Below, one piece after another: positions 8,879 to 19,875 of a stretch of DNA of 64,000 bases (position 1 is the first letter of the stretch; the number at the start of each line of letters is the position of its first letter). The notes beneath the pieces were generated by a model. It searched no databases. It had not been told where the DNA came from and saw nothing but the letters and a program-made list of their open reading frames with translations. The DNA is taken from positions 768,001 through 832,000 of the forward strand of contig CAWIIP010000002.1 of assembly GCA_963836235.1 (NCBI GenBank), in the 5' to 3' direction. The position numbers and the translations under genes are program-made. The stretch comes from an uncultured Pseudomonadota bacterium. Lineage in GTDB: Bacteria > Oederibacteriota > Muellerivitia > Muellerivitales > Muellerivitaceae.

Positions 8879-8914
8879 CAGCATGCTGAAAAAATCCGAA
8901 AGGCGGCCCCACTT

Positions 8915-11188
8915 ATGGAATTAACCACCCACCGAAAAACGGCCCTGACGTCCCTGGGACTTTACCTAGCCGTCGCCTTTGTGGCCTTTTTTCCTTCCCT
9001 GATCCTGGGCAAAGTCTACTTCGCCAACGACCTTTTAAACCAATACAGCCATTTCCGGGCCCTCTTGAAAAGCCAGCTGGCCATGGGCCACTTCCCCCTT
9101 TGGAACCCCTATTTTTTCGGGGGCCAGCCCTTCTTCGCCGACCCCAACGTGATGATGTGCTATCCCCTAACCTATCTCACCCTGATCTTTCCCATTCCCT
9201 ACGGTTTGGGTGTCTTTTTTTTCCTGCATATGTTCCTCGCGGCCTGGGGAATGCATCTTTGGCTTAAAAGCCTGCGCTTATCCGCGGGCGCTTGCCGCCT
9301 GGGCGCCCTGACCTTCGCCCTTTCCGGAGTTTTCTGGTGGGAATTGATCCATCCCCCCATCCTGGCCGCCTATACCTGGTTTCCCTGGCTTCTCTTGACC
9401 CTGGAACACTTGGCCCAAAAGCTGGAAAAGGGCTGGGCCTTCCTTTCCGGCCTTTGTTTCGCGGTCATCTTCTGTTGCGGGAATTTCCAATCGACGACTT
9501 GCGTTCTCTATACCGCCTTGCTTTATTTCTTTTTCCGTTTTTGGACAAGGGATGAAGCCACCCCCCTTTGGCCCTGGAAGAAGTTAGTGGCGGCCTTCCT
9601 ATTTATCCTTTGGGGTGGATTGCCCCTGGCTTGCCATTTCATACCTGCTTATGAATTTTCAAAATACACCAACCGTCAGGACGCCAACCAGACCTACGAT
9701 CACTTCAACGGGCAATTTTCCATGGTTCCCTCGACAAGCTATGAGTTCCTTTATCCCAGCCTGGGAGTTCCACCCGGAAGCAACATTGAGCTGGCGATCC
9801 AGCAAATTACCGACCAGGTCAATGTCGGGAACGACTTCCTCGGAGCCTTCGGCTACTTGGGAATCTGGGCGCCTTTCCTCATGGCATTAGCTTTCAAGCG
9901 GAAGGAGAAAAAATTCCTCATCTTCCTGGCAGGAGTGGCTTTTTTATCCGTCCTGACCGCCTGGGGGCGCTATACGCCCTTGCACCGCCTGGAATGCCTC
10001 TTGATGCCGGGAGTCAACTTGAGCCGGGCGCCTTTCCGCTTTGTCCAGGCCTACCTGCTTTTCGCCTGTGTCCTCCTGGCCTTCGGTTACCAGACCCTGG
10101 AAAGGGGATTCGCCGAAACGGGCCGCCGTTCCAACGCGGTTTGGTTTGCCTTGATTTACGCCTTTTTGCTTTTCGTCCCAACCTTCGTGAATCCCGGCCA
10201 AACTTGGCGTGAAATGCTGGCCCTGGGGCTAGGGCTGGGAGGCTTCCTTTTAATATTTTTAACGGAGTCCTGGAAACCCTTGGGCAAAAGCCTTCTCCAA
10301 GGCGCCTTGCTTTTTCCCCTTCTGCTCACCGGTTGGTCCGATTTCAGTTTGGGGCCCGCCTCCAATTTCAATTACGAGGAAAATTTCCCCGCTTTTACCT
10401 ATCTCAAGCAGAACTCAAGCCTGGGCCGCTACGATTTTGACCAAAGCCTGTTCTATCCCGTGCAAATGGGCAACGCCAATTACCGTTGGACCTTTCCCCA
10501 GGACGCTCCCATGGAATTCGGAATCCGGGACAGCGGCGGCTATAACCCGATTTACCTCCTCAAACCCATGACCCTCAAGTCCCTGCCCCTTCAAAATTTC
10601 GTGAGGCTTATGGCCATCCGCGGTTTTCTTCTGGGCCGGGACGCGGGCGAGATGAAAGGTTTTGACCGCCAGGTGATGGGAGAGGTTTACTATTACGGGG
10701 TGCAGGTCCCCTCCAGTTTCGTCACGGCTCCTTTCCAATGGAAAGTCGTTCCCGACGATCAGGCCATGATCACGGAAATGAAAAACCCGGATTTCGATCC
10801 GGCGAACCAAGTGTTTTTATCCGAAACGCCTCCCCCCGACATAGCCGCCAAACTAACGGGCCAAAAGGCCTCCCTTCAATATGACTGGGTGAAAAACGAC
10901 ATGAACGAGGAATCGTTCCAGATTCGCCTGGACCGGGATAGTTGGGTATTTTTCTCGGAAGTCATGTTTCCCGGATGGAAGGCGAAAGTGGATGGAAACC
11001 CATCGGAAATTTTCACCGGCAATTCCACCTTCCGGACCTTGTTCATTCCGGCCGGGGAACACTTGGCCGAATTTTATTATGAGCCCGTCTGGGCCCAACC
11101 GCTTCTGGTGGGATTTATTCTTTGGTTGATTTCAGCCCTGGGTTACGCCTTTTATTCCATGCGGGCCAAACCCGCCGCAAATGCTTAA
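8915..11188 (+). CDS. YfhO-family (GT-C fold) membrane glycosyltransferase 1
   Basis: DLLNQY, GHFPLWNPYFFGGQPFFAD, R.PFRF, GGYNP, FPGWKAKVDG; many TM helices. Confidence 0.85.
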   Translation: MELTTHRKTALTSLGLYLAVAFVAFFPSLILGKVYFANDLLNQYSHFRALLKSQLAMGHFPLWNPYFFGGQPFFADPNVMMCYPLTYLTLIFPIPYGLGVFFFLHMFLAAWGMHLWLKSLRLSAGACRLGALTFALSGVFWWELIHPPILAAYTWFPWLLLTLEHLAQKLEKGWAFLSGLCFAVIFCCGNFQSTTCVLYTALLYFFFRFWTRDEATPLWPWKKLVAAFLFILWGGLPLACHFIPAYEFSKYTNRQDANQTYDHFNGQFSMVPSTSYEFLYPSLGVPPGSNIELAIQQITDQVNVGNDFLGAFGYLGIWAPFLMALAFKRKEKKFLIFLAGVAFLSVLTAWGRYTPLHRLECLLMPGVNLSRAPFRFVQAYLLFACVLLAFGYQTLERGFAETGRRSNAVWFALIYAFLLFVPTFVNPGQTWREMLALGLGLGGFLLIFLTESWKPLGKSLLQGALLFPLLLTGWSDFSLGPASNFNYEENFPAFTYLKQNSSLGRYDFDQSLFYPVQMGNANYRWTFPQDAPMEFGIRDSGGYNPIYLLKPMTLKSLPLQNFVRLMAIRGFLLGRDAGEMKGFDRQVMGEVYYYGVQVPSSFVTAPFQWKVVPDDQAMITEMKNPDFDPANQVFLSETPPPDIAAKLTGQKASLQYDWVKNDMNEESFQIRLDRDSWVFFSEVMFPGWKAKVDGNPSEIFTGNSTFRTLFIPAGEHLAEFYYEPVWAQPLLVGFILWLISALGYAFYSMRAKPAANA

Positions 11189-13481
11189 TCCCTTCGGCCA
11201 AGACGGGAACGAAGAATCCGCTCTTCCCCGAAAAAGCTTTTTTCTTTATCTCGTGCTTTCCCTTCTGGCTTTTTACCCTTGTCTTTTTCAAGGAAAAGCC
11301 TATTTCGACAACGATCTTTTGGCCCAATTTGGGCCCTGGAGGGCCTTTTTAAGGGATCAATTGGCCCATGGCCATTTCCCCCTCTGGAACCCCTATTCCC
11401 TGGGCGGGCAGCCCTTTTTCGCCGACCTCCAAAACATGATGCTCTATCCTTTCAATTACCTGACCCTTCCCTTTTCCATACCTGTGGGTCTAAGCCTTTT
11501 TTTCCTGATTCATCTTCTTTGGGCGGCCTTCGGCATGCATTTATGGCTGAAGTCCATGGGCCTATCCGAAAACTCCTGCCGGGTCGGCGCCCTTTTGTTT
11601 TCCCTTTCGGGTTTTTTTTGGCTGGAGCTGATCCATCCGCCGGTTCTGGCGGCTTTCGCCTGGCTTCCTTGGCTTTTTTACCGCCTCGAACAATTGGCCA
11701 AAAACCAGAAACCGTCGAACGCTTTCGGGGCGGGTTTTGGCTTGGCCATGCTTTTTCTTTGCGGCAGTTTCCAGGTAACCGTGGGGGCCTTTTACGGCGG
11801 GCTGGCTTACTTTCTTTTCCGCTTCCTTTCGAATCATCAAAAAAGCGTGGCCCGATTATCCGTAAAGTCGCATTTGCTTTTTGGATTTTTTCTTCTTTGG
11901 GGGGCCTTACCCCTCTTGGGCCAGTTGATTCCAAGCCTGGAATTTTCCGCGCTCACCGACCGCCGCGCGCCGGGCCAAACCTACGAGCAATCTAACAGCC
12001 GTCTGCCCTTGAACCCCGCCACCCTTTACCAGTTTTTCCTCCCCCGCCTTACCGTTCCCGAGGGCAAGGAGATGGCCGAGGCCATCCAGTTCGGCAACAC
12101 GAATGGGGAGACCCACCTGGCCGCGAATTTAGGTTACCTGGGTATTTGGCTTCCTCTTTTTATTTTTTGGGCTTTCGGGCACAAGGAAAAGAACTTGGTG
12201 CGCTATCTGGGAGGTTTCGCCCTCTTTTCGCTGTTGCTTTGTTTCGGCGGCTATACTCCTCTTCACCGGATTCTTTGCGACCTCTTACCCGGGCTTTCGA
12301 TCATCCGGGTTCCCTATCGTTTCTTGTTTCTTTACGTCCTTGCCGCCTCGGCTTTGGCGGCTTTTGGTTTTGAGCAACGCTTATCGGAAGACCCGCCAAA
12401 AACCGAAATCTTTCACCGCCTGAAAACCCCGCTCGTCTATGCCTTTGTCTTGTACTTGGCGGCCCTTTGGAGGCCTTCCATGAACTGGAGGGAAATTCTG
12501 GGGCTGACCCTGGGGACTATCGCCCTTTTCCTACCGGCCTTCACCATTCCAAAATTAAAAACCCTCTCGTCTCTCTTGTGGGCGGGCGCCCTGGTCCTGC
12601 CCTTACTCTTGAGCGGCTTGGATGACTTCAAACCCGCGTCCGCGTCCAATTTCGATTTCGCCCAAAATTCCAAGGGGCTGGTGGAGGGCGCCCTCCGCTT
12701 GGGACCCTACCGGCTCATTTTCTATAATTCGACCATGGGATATCCCATCGAAGTGGGCGGGCGGGATTACATCCTGAATTATCCCCAAAACGCCGCCTGC
12801 GCCCTCCAAATCAAAAACTTCGGGGGCTACAATCCCTTAATGCTTCAAACCAAAAAGGACATCGGCACCCTCCCCTTGGGGCCTTTGGTTCAACTGGGGG
12901 CGATTCAAGGAGTTGTGACGGGAACCGCCAAAGGACCCTTGCCCGGTTTCAAACGGGAGTCCTTTCCCCCTTATTTTCTTTATGAATACGAAAAACCCTT
13001 GTCCTACGCTTATGCCCCCCAAAAACTGGTGATGGAACCTGATCCCCATCGCCGCTTGGCCCTATTGCAAAACCCGGGCTTTGACGCGGCCCAAACCGGG
13101 CTCCTCCCGGGGCCTTTTCCCGCCGAATGGACAAGCTCTTTGGAAAGCGGAAAACCCGCCGGGCTTCAATGCCGCTTTGAAAAGGATGAGGCGGACTTCC
13201 AAGCTTTTTCCCTGAACCTGGATCGCGCGAGCCTGGTCGTTTTTTGCGAGGTGATGTACCCGGGTTGGAAGGCTTTCATCGATGGACAAGCGGCGCCCCT
13301 TTACAATGCCGACTATTTTTTAAGAAGCGTTTACGTTCCTTCCGGGCAACACCGGGTGGAATTCCGGTTGGATCCCGCCTGGTGGCTTCCTCTTCGCGTC
13401 GGCTTGGCGATTTGGCTTTTGGTAACCCTGATGGGCCTTCTTTATATGGGACGTCCGGGCAAAGGAATCCAACGTGCGTAA
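11181..13481 (+). CDS. YfhO-family (GT-C fold) membrane glycosyltransferase 2
   Basis: GHFPLWNPYSLGGQPFFAD, RVPYRF, GGYNP, YPGWKAFIDG; paralogue of the upstream gene. Confidence 0.85.
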   Translation: MLNPFGQDGNEESALPRKSFFLYLVLSLLAFYPCLFQGKAYFDNDLLAQFGPWRAFLRDQLAHGHFPLWNPYSLGGQPFFADLQNMMLYPFNYLTLPFSIPVGLSLFFLIHLLWAAFGMHLWLKSMGLSENSCRVGALLFSLSGFFWLELIHPPVLAAFAWLPWLFYRLEQLAKNQKPSNAFGAGFGLAMLFLCGSFQVTVGAFYGGLAYFLFRFLSNHQKSVARLSVKSHLLFGFFLLWGALPLLGQLIPSLEFSALTDRRAPGQTYEQSNSRLPLNPATLYQFFLPRLTVPEGKEMAEAIQFGNTNGETHLAANLGYLGIWLPLFIFWAFGHKEKNLVRYLGGFALFSLLLCFGGYTPLHRILCDLLPGLSIIRVPYRFLFLYVLAASALAAFGFEQRLSEDPPKTEIFHRLKTPLVYAFVLYLAALWRPSMNWREILGLTLGTIALFLPAFTIPKLKTLSSLLWAGALVLPLLLSGLDDFKPASASNFDFAQNSKGLVEGALRLGPYRLIFYNSTMGYPIEVGGRDYILNYPQNAACALQIKNFGGYNPLMLQTKKDIGTLPLGPLVQLGAIQGVVTGTAKGPLPGFKRESFPPYFLYEYEKPLSYAYAPQKLVMEPDPHRRLALLQNPGFDAAQTGLLPGPFPAEWTSSLESGKPAGLQCRFEKDEADFQAFSLNLDRASLVVFCEVMYPGWKAFIDGQAAPLYNADYFLRSVYVPSGQHRVEFRLDPAWWLPLRVGLAIWLLVTLMGLLYMGRPGKGIQRA

Positions 13482-14334
13482 TCCCTTGTTTTCGTTACTC
13501 CAAAAAGTTTATTACGGCATCGGCGGGCATGGCTTGGGCCGGATCAAGCCCCTACGCTGGGCTTATGGGATCCTTTTTGGGCTTTTAAAACCCCGTTCGG
13601 TGATGGTCCAGGGCCACCGTATGTGGCTGGATGACAAGGACACCCTGGAGTTGGCGAATCACGAGGTTTATGAACCAGTTGAAACTGAAATTTTTAAAGG
13701 GGAGATCAAGGCCGGGGACAGGGTTTTGGACATCGGCGCCAATATCGGCTACTACACCCTCATTGCCGCCCATCTGGTAGGCCCCCAGGGCAAGGTTTAC
13801 GCCTTTGAACCCGATCCCGCTAATTTCCGCCTTCTCCAAAAAAACGTGGAAGCCAACGGCTATACCAATGTCGTTTTAGTGAACAAGGCCCTCTCGAACA
13901 AAAACGGAAAGATCCGCCTTTACTTGAATCCTTCCAACCGGGGTGACCACCGGGTTTACGACTCGAAAGACGGGCGTTCCTCCATAGAAATTGAAACGGT
14001 GGCCCTCGACCGTTTTTTTAAACCCTTGGACAAGAAAATTCATTTCATTAAAATGGATATCCAAGGAGCCGAAGCTTTGGCGCTGGCGGGCATGAAGGGA
14101 TTGATCCGAAGAAATAAGGGATTAAAGCTCGTCACCGAATTTTCCCCCGCTTCCCTTAAACTGGCCGGAAGCCGTCCCGAGAATTATTTAAACAGCCTCA
14201 AGTCCATGGGGTTCGGTTTTTTCGAGATATCCGAGAGGAAAAAGTCGGTCCAGCCGGTGAAAGCTAACCAGTTGTTGAAACGCTCCTGGGGCGGGAGTGA
14301 GGATTACACCAATTTGTTTTGCGTGAAAAAATAG
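13474..14334 (+). CDS. FkbM-family methyltransferase
   Basis: VLDIGANIGYYT, YAFEP, FIKMDIQGAE. Confidence 0.92.
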   Translation: MRNPLFSLLQKVYYGIGGHGLGRIKPLRWAYGILFGLLKPRSVMVQGHRMWLDDKDTLELANHEVYEPVETEIFKGEIKAGDRVLDIGANIGYYTLIAAHLVGPQGKVYAFEPDPANFRLLQKNVEANGYTNVVLVNKALSNKNGKIRLYLNPSNRGDHRVYDSKDGRSSIEIETVALDRFFKPLDKKIHFIKMDIQGAEALALAGMKGLIRRNKGLKLVTEFSPASLKLAGSRPENYLNSLKSMGFGFFEISERKKSVQPVKANQLLKRSWGGSEDYTNLFCVKK

Positions 14335-14346
14335 CCAAGGACTTCC

Positions 14347-15249
14347 ATGCTCTCTAAAAACCAATTCGTCCGTTCCCATGGTTTGGGAAACGACTATCTC
14401 GTGATGGACCCGGCCTCCCTTTCCTTTGATTTAACCCCCCAGAACATCATCCGGGTTTGTAACCGTAATACCGGCGTGGGTTCGGACGGCATCCTAGCCC
14501 TGGAGAAATCCGATTCTTCCCTGGCCCGCCTGCGGATTTATAACCCGGATGGAAGCGAAGCCGAAAAGAGCGGCAACGGCCTGAGGATTTTTTGCAAATT
14601 TCTCTTCGAGCATGGTTACACCGAGAAAACTTATTTCGAGATCGAGACGGCCGGAGGCAAGGTCCAGGCCCAACTGCACTTGGTGGTGGGCAAAGCCGCG
14701 GCGGTAACCGTGGATATGGGCAAGGCCGAATTCGCCGCCGGGAAGATTCCGGTGAATGTTCCTAATAGCGAAGCGGAAGTCATCGATAAGCTGATTCCTC
14801 CCATCAAGCCGGGCGACAGTTTCCGGATTAACTGCGTTTCCATGGGAAATCCTCACTGCGTGGTTTTCGTAGGCAATATCGAGGAAGCTGAATCCCTGGC
14901 CCACGAATATGGCCCTTTGTTCGAAAATCATCCCCTCTTCCCGAACCGCACCAACGTCCAATTCGCCGTGGTCAACAACCGTAAAGAGGTTAGTATCCGC
15001 ATTTGGGAAAGGGGTGCCGGCTATACCCTGGCTTCCGGTTCTTCCTCCTGCGCCGTGGCCGCTGTTTGCGTGAAAACGGGCAAAACCGACAGGGAATTGA
15101 CCCTTCATATGCCCGGAGGTGACCTGGCCTTGAAGGTCAACGATAACTTTGATTTGACCATGCGCGGACCCGTGGAGGAAATCTGCTTGGGAACGGTGAC
15201 CGGAGAATTACTCCAATTCCTTGAAAAAAACGCCCATCGAAAAGTCTAG
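14347..15249 (+). CDS. dapF: Diaminopimelate epimerase family protein (Ser/Ser active-site variant)
   Basis: HGLGNDY, GVGSDG, NPDGSEAEKSGNG, SMGNPHCV, FPNRTNVQF, WERGAGYTLASGS. Confidence 0.88.
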   Translation: MLSKNQFVRSHGLGNDYLVMDPASLSFDLTPQNIIRVCNRNTGVGSDGILALEKSDSSLARLRIYNPDGSEAEKSGNGLRIFCKFLFEHGYTEKTYFEIETAGGKVQAQLHLVVGKAAAVTVDMGKAEFAAGKIPVNVPNSEAEVIDKLIPPIKPGDSFRINCVSMGNPHCVVFVGNIEEAESLAHEYGPLFENHPLFPNRTNVQFAVVNNRKEVSIRIWERGAGYTLASGSSSCAVAAVCVKTGKTDRELTLHMPGGDLALKVNDNFDLTMRGPVEEICLGTVTGELLQFLEKNAHRKV

Positions 15250-17545
15250 TTCTCTCTCCCTAACCCCAAAGACCTTTTGGCGCCAAGAAGGCCCTCCGCT
15301 TCTCTTTTTAACCGCCGCTTTCCTATTATTTTTTAAGGAATGGTCCCATCCCTTCACCCGATTTTTTCTCTCCCTGGACCTGAGCGTTTTATACGAACCG
15401 GTTTATTTTTGGGTTCACCAGCATCTCTCCCAGGGTAAATTACCCCTCATTTGTGACAACGCCATGCATGGGGCCCCGATCGCCGCTTATTCGATGGCGG
15501 GTGTCTTGTCCCCTTTTCTTTGGTTGTTCCACTGGTTTTCATCTTATGTCTTAGTATTCAACCTTCTCTTCCTGTCTCCCCAAGCTATCTATTTATTCGG
15601 AACATATTTTTTGGGACGCCAACTGAACTTGTCGCGGTCCGCTGCCTTACTATTGGCCTTCTTTTGGTCTTTCAACGGCCATCAAATGGCCCAACTGGAC
15701 CACTTAAATGTGGCTTGGGCCCATGCCTTTTTTCCCTGGGCGTTCCTGGCCCTGTTACGTCACTTGGAAACCCGACGAGCCTTCTGGATTTTTCTTTCAT
15801 CTCTTTTGATGGGTTTGAACTTGCTCTCGGGCCATCCTCAGGTTTTCTTTTTGGAGTGTCTTTTTTTCCTTTTCCGGGCGCTTTTCTTCGACGCTTATAA
15901 GCTTAAAACGCGGTTGGGTTCCACGATCCTGATGGGCCTGGGATCTCTGATCGTAGCCTCACCCCTTATTCTCTTTACCGCCGAATGTTTGAAGGGTGAT
16001 TTTCAAACTCAATGGAGTGTTATTGATCGTTTTTATCACTCCTGGACACCGATGAATTTCCTCACCCTTTTCTTCCCTTGGTTCTTTGGAAAGACTCAAT
16101 ATGACCGCGCGGGAATGGACTATTGGTGGCAGTATCAGTTTGTGGAAATGCAGGTGGCCTTCTCCATTGTTGCCCTGTTCTTCATCGTCTTTTTCTTTTC
16201 CCGCAAAGATCCGCGAAGGAAATGGATCGCCTGGACTTTCGTCTTCGCTCTGGCCATGTCCATGGGCAAATTCACCTTCTTTTATTCCCTGGTCCAATCC
16301 CTCCCAGTCTTTTCCTTCTTCCGCGACCCGGCCCGTTATTGGTTCTTAGCCACTTGGGTCCTTGGGATAGGCGCGGCGACGGGTTGGGACCTCTGGTTTG
16401 AGGAAAGAGACCATGGGGTCCAAGGTAAAAAAATAACTCTTTGGATCGCTGGGGCGACAATTGGAATACCCCTGATGGGACTGGCCCTTTTGTCATTCGG
16501 ACGGCCTCTTTTGGAATCCTCCGCCGACTTCTTTATCCGCCATTTCCTTTTAGGGGATGCGGCCCATTTCCAGTCCCTTTCCTTTTACTTGAGCCGCGTT
16601 CCGCAAAAATTGGAGGCGCTTGCCGTTAATTTGAACCCCATCCGTCCCAGGGTTTTCCTCCCTATTCTCTTTTTAGGCGGTTTGCTGGCCGCTGTTTGGG
16701 GCCGCCCTCGATGGAATCTGACCTGTCTCAAGATTTTTCTTCTCTTTTTGGTTTTGGCCGACCTTTATGCTTTTCGCATGCCCTTGGGGAACGCTTTTTA
16801 TAATCCGTCGGATATTACCGCTCCTCAAGTTCCCGCGCCGGAAAATCGAACTCTCACTCTTCTTTACAACACTCCTTCGCCCCTTCCTAACCAATATCGG
16901 GAAATGGCCTATCCCAACATGAACTTGATGTTCAACCGGCCCAACCTAGTTTTCGACGCCAACCCCACCCCCCGGCGCTACGCCGACATCTGGGCCAAAC
17001 TAGGTTGGTTTTCATGGGTATATAAAGACCGGGATCCTATGGGCTTTTCCAACAATATCGATCTTCTTCGGATGATGGGTGTGGACCAGATTGTTTCTGA
17101 TATTCCTTTAAAACTTCCCCCGATTTTCACCGTGACTCAAAACCATTACCCCTTTGTTTATCACTTAGGATCAGCTATGCCCAAAGCCTATCTAGGGATT
17201 ACCCATGGAAAAGCGATGTTATTAAATCCCCCTGAATTTAAGCCGGATATATCCGAATGGAGCGAAACACGCCTTTTGTTGTCCGCCCGCAATAATAAAT
17301 CGGATTATGGATCCAATTTATTGTTTCTCCAGAAGACCTGCCTTCCTGGATGGAAAGCCAACATCAATGGAAACCCGGTTCAGATCCAAACCGAGGACGA
17401 GGTATTAACCGCCCTTCCTCTGGAAACAGGCGATAACCGAATCGAGCTTCATTTCGATCCCACCGGTCTGCGCCTGGGCTTTTTCCTGTTTTTCGCCTTT
17501 TCCGGGCTCTTTTCCTTCTTCCTGATTCGCCGCATCCTCGCTTGA
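15221..17545 (+). CDS. YfhO-like (GT-C fold) membrane glycosyltransferase 3
   Basis: GKLPL....HGAP, LSGHPQ, FRDPARY, LPGWKANING; multi-TM. Confidence 0.75.
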   Translation: MKKTPIEKSSSLSLTPKTFWRQEGPPLLFLTAAFLLFFKEWSHPFTRFFLSLDLSVLYEPVYFWVHQHLSQGKLPLICDNAMHGAPIAAYSMAGVLSPFLWLFHWFSSYVLVFNLLFLSPQAIYLFGTYFLGRQLNLSRSAALLLAFFWSFNGHQMAQLDHLNVAWAHAFFPWAFLALLRHLETRRAFWIFLSSLLMGLNLLSGHPQVFFLECLFFLFRALFFDAYKLKTRLGSTILMGLGSLIVASPLILFTAECLKGDFQTQWSVIDRFYHSWTPMNFLTLFFPWFFGKTQYDRAGMDYWWQYQFVEMQVAFSIVALFFIVFFFSRKDPRRKWIAWTFVFALAMSMGKFTFFYSLVQSLPVFSFFRDPARYWFLATWVLGIGAATGWDLWFEERDHGVQGKKITLWIAGATIGIPLMGLALLSFGRPLLESSADFFIRHFLLGDAAHFQSLSFYLSRVPQKLEALAVNLNPIRPRVFLPILFLGGLLAAVWGRPRWNLTCLKIFLLFLVLADLYAFRMPLGNAFYNPSDITAPQVPAPENRTLTLLYNTPSPLPNQYREMAYPNMNLMFNRPNLVFDANPTPRRYADIWAKLGWFSWVYKDRDPMGFSNNIDLLRMMGVDQIVSDIPLKLPPIFTVTQNHYPFVYHLGSAMPKAYLGITHGKAMLLNPPEFKPDISEWSETRLLLSARNNKSDYGSNLLFLQKTCLPGWKANINGNPVQIQTEDEVLTALPLETGDNRIELHFDPTGLRLGFFLFFAFSGLFSFFLIRRILA

Positions 17546-17599
17546 GTCCCTGACCCGCCCGCACTAAAATGCCCCCTCATTTCATTGAAGGAGGGTCTC

Positions 17600-18040
17600 A
17601 TGCCGCTTCAAGAAGGTAGCCCCGCTCCCGATTTCAGCCTGAAGTCCACCGACGGAAGCACTGTCCAATTGTCCCGCTTTAAGGGAAAGAAAAACGTCAT
17701 CGTTTATTTTTACCCCAAGGACGACACGCCGGGCTGTACCAAGGAAGCCTGCAGCTTCCGGGACGACGTCTCCCAGTTATTGGCCAAGGACACGGTGGTC
17801 TTCGGTGTTTCCACCGATAACCTGCAAAGTCACAACGAGTTCACTAAGAAATTTAGCCTGAATTTTCCCCTTCTTTCCGATCCCGATGGTTCCGTTTCCA
17901 AGTCTTACGACGGGTTTAATCCCGAAAAAGGAACCAGCCGCCGGGTCACTGCCGTTATCGATAAGGAAGGCAAGATTAAAAAGTACTTCGCCCAAGTCAA
18001 TCCTGAGGGCCACAGCAAGGAAGTATTGTCGTTTCTGTAA
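17600..18040 (+). CDS. bcp: Peroxiredoxin BCP/PrxQ
   Basis: [20 protein letters not shown]; AAGGAGG RBS. Confidence 0.93.
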   Translation: MPLQEGSPAPDFSLKSTDGSTVQLSRFKGKKNVIVYFYPKDDTPGCTKEACSFRDDVSQLLAKDTVVFGVSTDNLQSHNEFTKKFSLNFPLLSDPDGSVSKSYDGFNPEKGTSRRVTAVIDKEGKIKKYFAQVNPEGHSKEVLSFL

Positions 18041-18089
18041 AGGTTTCTTGCGTACTCGTTCCACCATTCCAAGCGCGAAAGGCATTTCA

Positions 18090-19778
18090 ATGACAAAAAA
18101 ACTCAATCAAAGGTCTTCCATGATGACAGAGGGGGACAATCGGGCTCCCAACCGGGCCATGCTGAGGGCCGTTGGCTTCACGGACGCGGATTTCCAGAAA
18201 CCCATCATCGGCATCGCCTCTCCCTGGAGCGAAATCACGCCTTGCAACATGCATTTGAACGAACTGGCCGAAAGGGCTAAGCAAGGAATCCAAAAGGCCC
18301 AGGGAATGGGGCAAACCTTCGGTACTATAACGGTCTCGGACGGCATTTCGATGGGTCATGAGGGAATGAAATTCTCATTGGTGTCCCGTGAGGTGATCGC
18401 CGATTCCATTGAGGTCGTTTCCAGCGCCCAGCGCTTCGACGGCTTGGTAGCTATCGGCGGCTGTGACAAAAACATGCCGGGTGCCCTCATGGGTATCGGG
18501 CGTCTGAACATTCCGTCCGTCTTCATCTATGGCGGTACCATCCTGCCGGGCAAGTACAACGGCAAGGATATTGACATCGTTTCGATTTTCGAGGCGGTCG
18601 GCCAATACAGCGCGGGCAAAATCAATAAGGAACAGCTTAAAGGCGTTGAATGCAACGCCTGCCCCACCGCCGGTTCCTGCGGCGGCATGTACACCGCCAA
18701 CACCATGGCCTCGGCCATTGAGGCGATGGGCATGGCCCTTCCCCACGATTCTTGCCAGCCCGCCGTGGGTGAGCCCAAGAGGCTTTTGTGCGACCAAGCT
18801 GGCGCCGCGGTGGTGGAAATGATCAAAAAAGGCACGCGCCCCAAAGACATCATGACCAAGAAAGCCTTCGAAAATGCCATCACGGTGGCCTTTGCCCTGG
18901 GGGGTTCCACCAACGTCGTCTTGCACTTGATCGCCATCGCCAAGTCCGTCGGCGTGAAGCTGACGATCGATGATTTCGACCGCCTTAGCGCCAAGGTTCC
19001 CCACTTGGCGGATTTAAAACCCAGCGGTAAATACGTTGCGGCCGACCTGGACCGCATTGGCGGCATTCCGGCCGTCATGAAAATGCTCTTGGAAGCCAAA
19101 TTGATCCACGGGGATTGCTTGACCGTTACCGGAAAAACGGTCAGGGAAAATCTCAAAGAGGCGGCTCCCCTTTCTAAGAACCAACCGATTATCCGGCACA
19201 TCAATAACCCCCTTTACCCTACCGCGCCCATGGTGATTTTGAAGGGCAATTTGGCGCCTGAGGGAGCCGTGGCAAAAATCTCCGGGCTGAAAGTCATCAC
19301 CCATACCGGTCCCGCCAAGGTTTTCAACGGTGAGGAGGCGGCTTTCGCCGCCATTCAAAAGAAGAAAATCAAAGCCGGCGACGTGGTGGTGATTCGCTAC
19401 GAGGGACCCAAAGGCGGGCCTGGAATGCGGGAAATGCTGGCAATAACGGCGGCCCTGGTGGGCCAGGGGCTGGGTGAAAAAGTCGGTTTGATTACGGACG
19501 GAAGGTTCAGCGGGGGTACCCACGGTTTGGTCGTGGGCCATATCGCCCCAGAAGCTCAAGTCGGGGGGCCTATCGGGTTGATAAAGGATGGCGACCTGAT
19601 CACCATTGACGCCAAGAAAAAAAAGCTGGATTTGCTTGTCAGCGGGGCTGAACTTCAAAAACGGAAAGCCAAATGGAAGCCGATTACCAATCCCTATCCT
19701 AAAGGGGTCCTGGGAAAATATACCCACTTGGTTTCATCCGCCAGCCAAGGCGCCGTCACTGACGAGTTTTCGAAATAA
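18090..19778 (+). CDS. ilvD: Dihydroxy-acid dehydratase
   Basis: [57 protein letters not shown]. Confidence 0.97.
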   Translation: MTKKLNQRSSMMTEGDNRAPNRAMLRAVGFTDADFQKPIIGIASPWSEITPCNMHLNELAERAKQGIQKAQGMGQTFGTITVSDGISMGHEGMKFSLVSREVIADSIEVVSSAQRFDGLVAIGGCDKNMPGALMGIGRLNIPSVFIYGGTILPGKYNGKDIDIVSIFEAVGQYSAGKINKEQLKGVECNACPTAGSCGGMYTANTMASAIEAMGMALPHDSCQPAVGEPKRLLCDQAGAAVVEMIKKGTRPKDIMTKKAFENAITVAFALGGSTNVVLHLIAIAKSVGVKLTIDDFDRLSAKVPHLADLKPSGKYVAADLDRIGGIPAVMKMLLEAKLIHGDCLTVTGKTVRENLKEAAPLSKNQPIIRHINNPLYPTAPMVILKGNLAPEGAVAKISGLKVITHTGPAKVFNGEEAAFAAIQKKKIKAGDVVVIRYEGPKGGPGMREMLAITAALVGQGLGEKVGLITDGRFSGGTHGLVVGHIAPEAQVGGPIGLIKDGDLITIDAKKKKLDLLVSGAELQKRKAKWKPITNPYPKGVLGKYTHLVSSASQGAVTDEFSK

Positions 19779-19786
19779 TTCAAGGC

Positions 19787-19820
19787 AAAAAAAATCGGGT
19801 GGACCCTAAGGCCCACCCGA
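19787..19820 (-). terminator. Intrinsic terminator (possibly bidirectional)
   Basis: tcgggtgg/ccacccga stem; the A8 run on + gives a U-tail on the minus strand. Confidence 0.75.
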
Positions 19821-19875
19821 CATGAGGAAGTTTCAGGCGGTTAAACCCGAAACCCCAACAGACTTGGCGCCGTTA

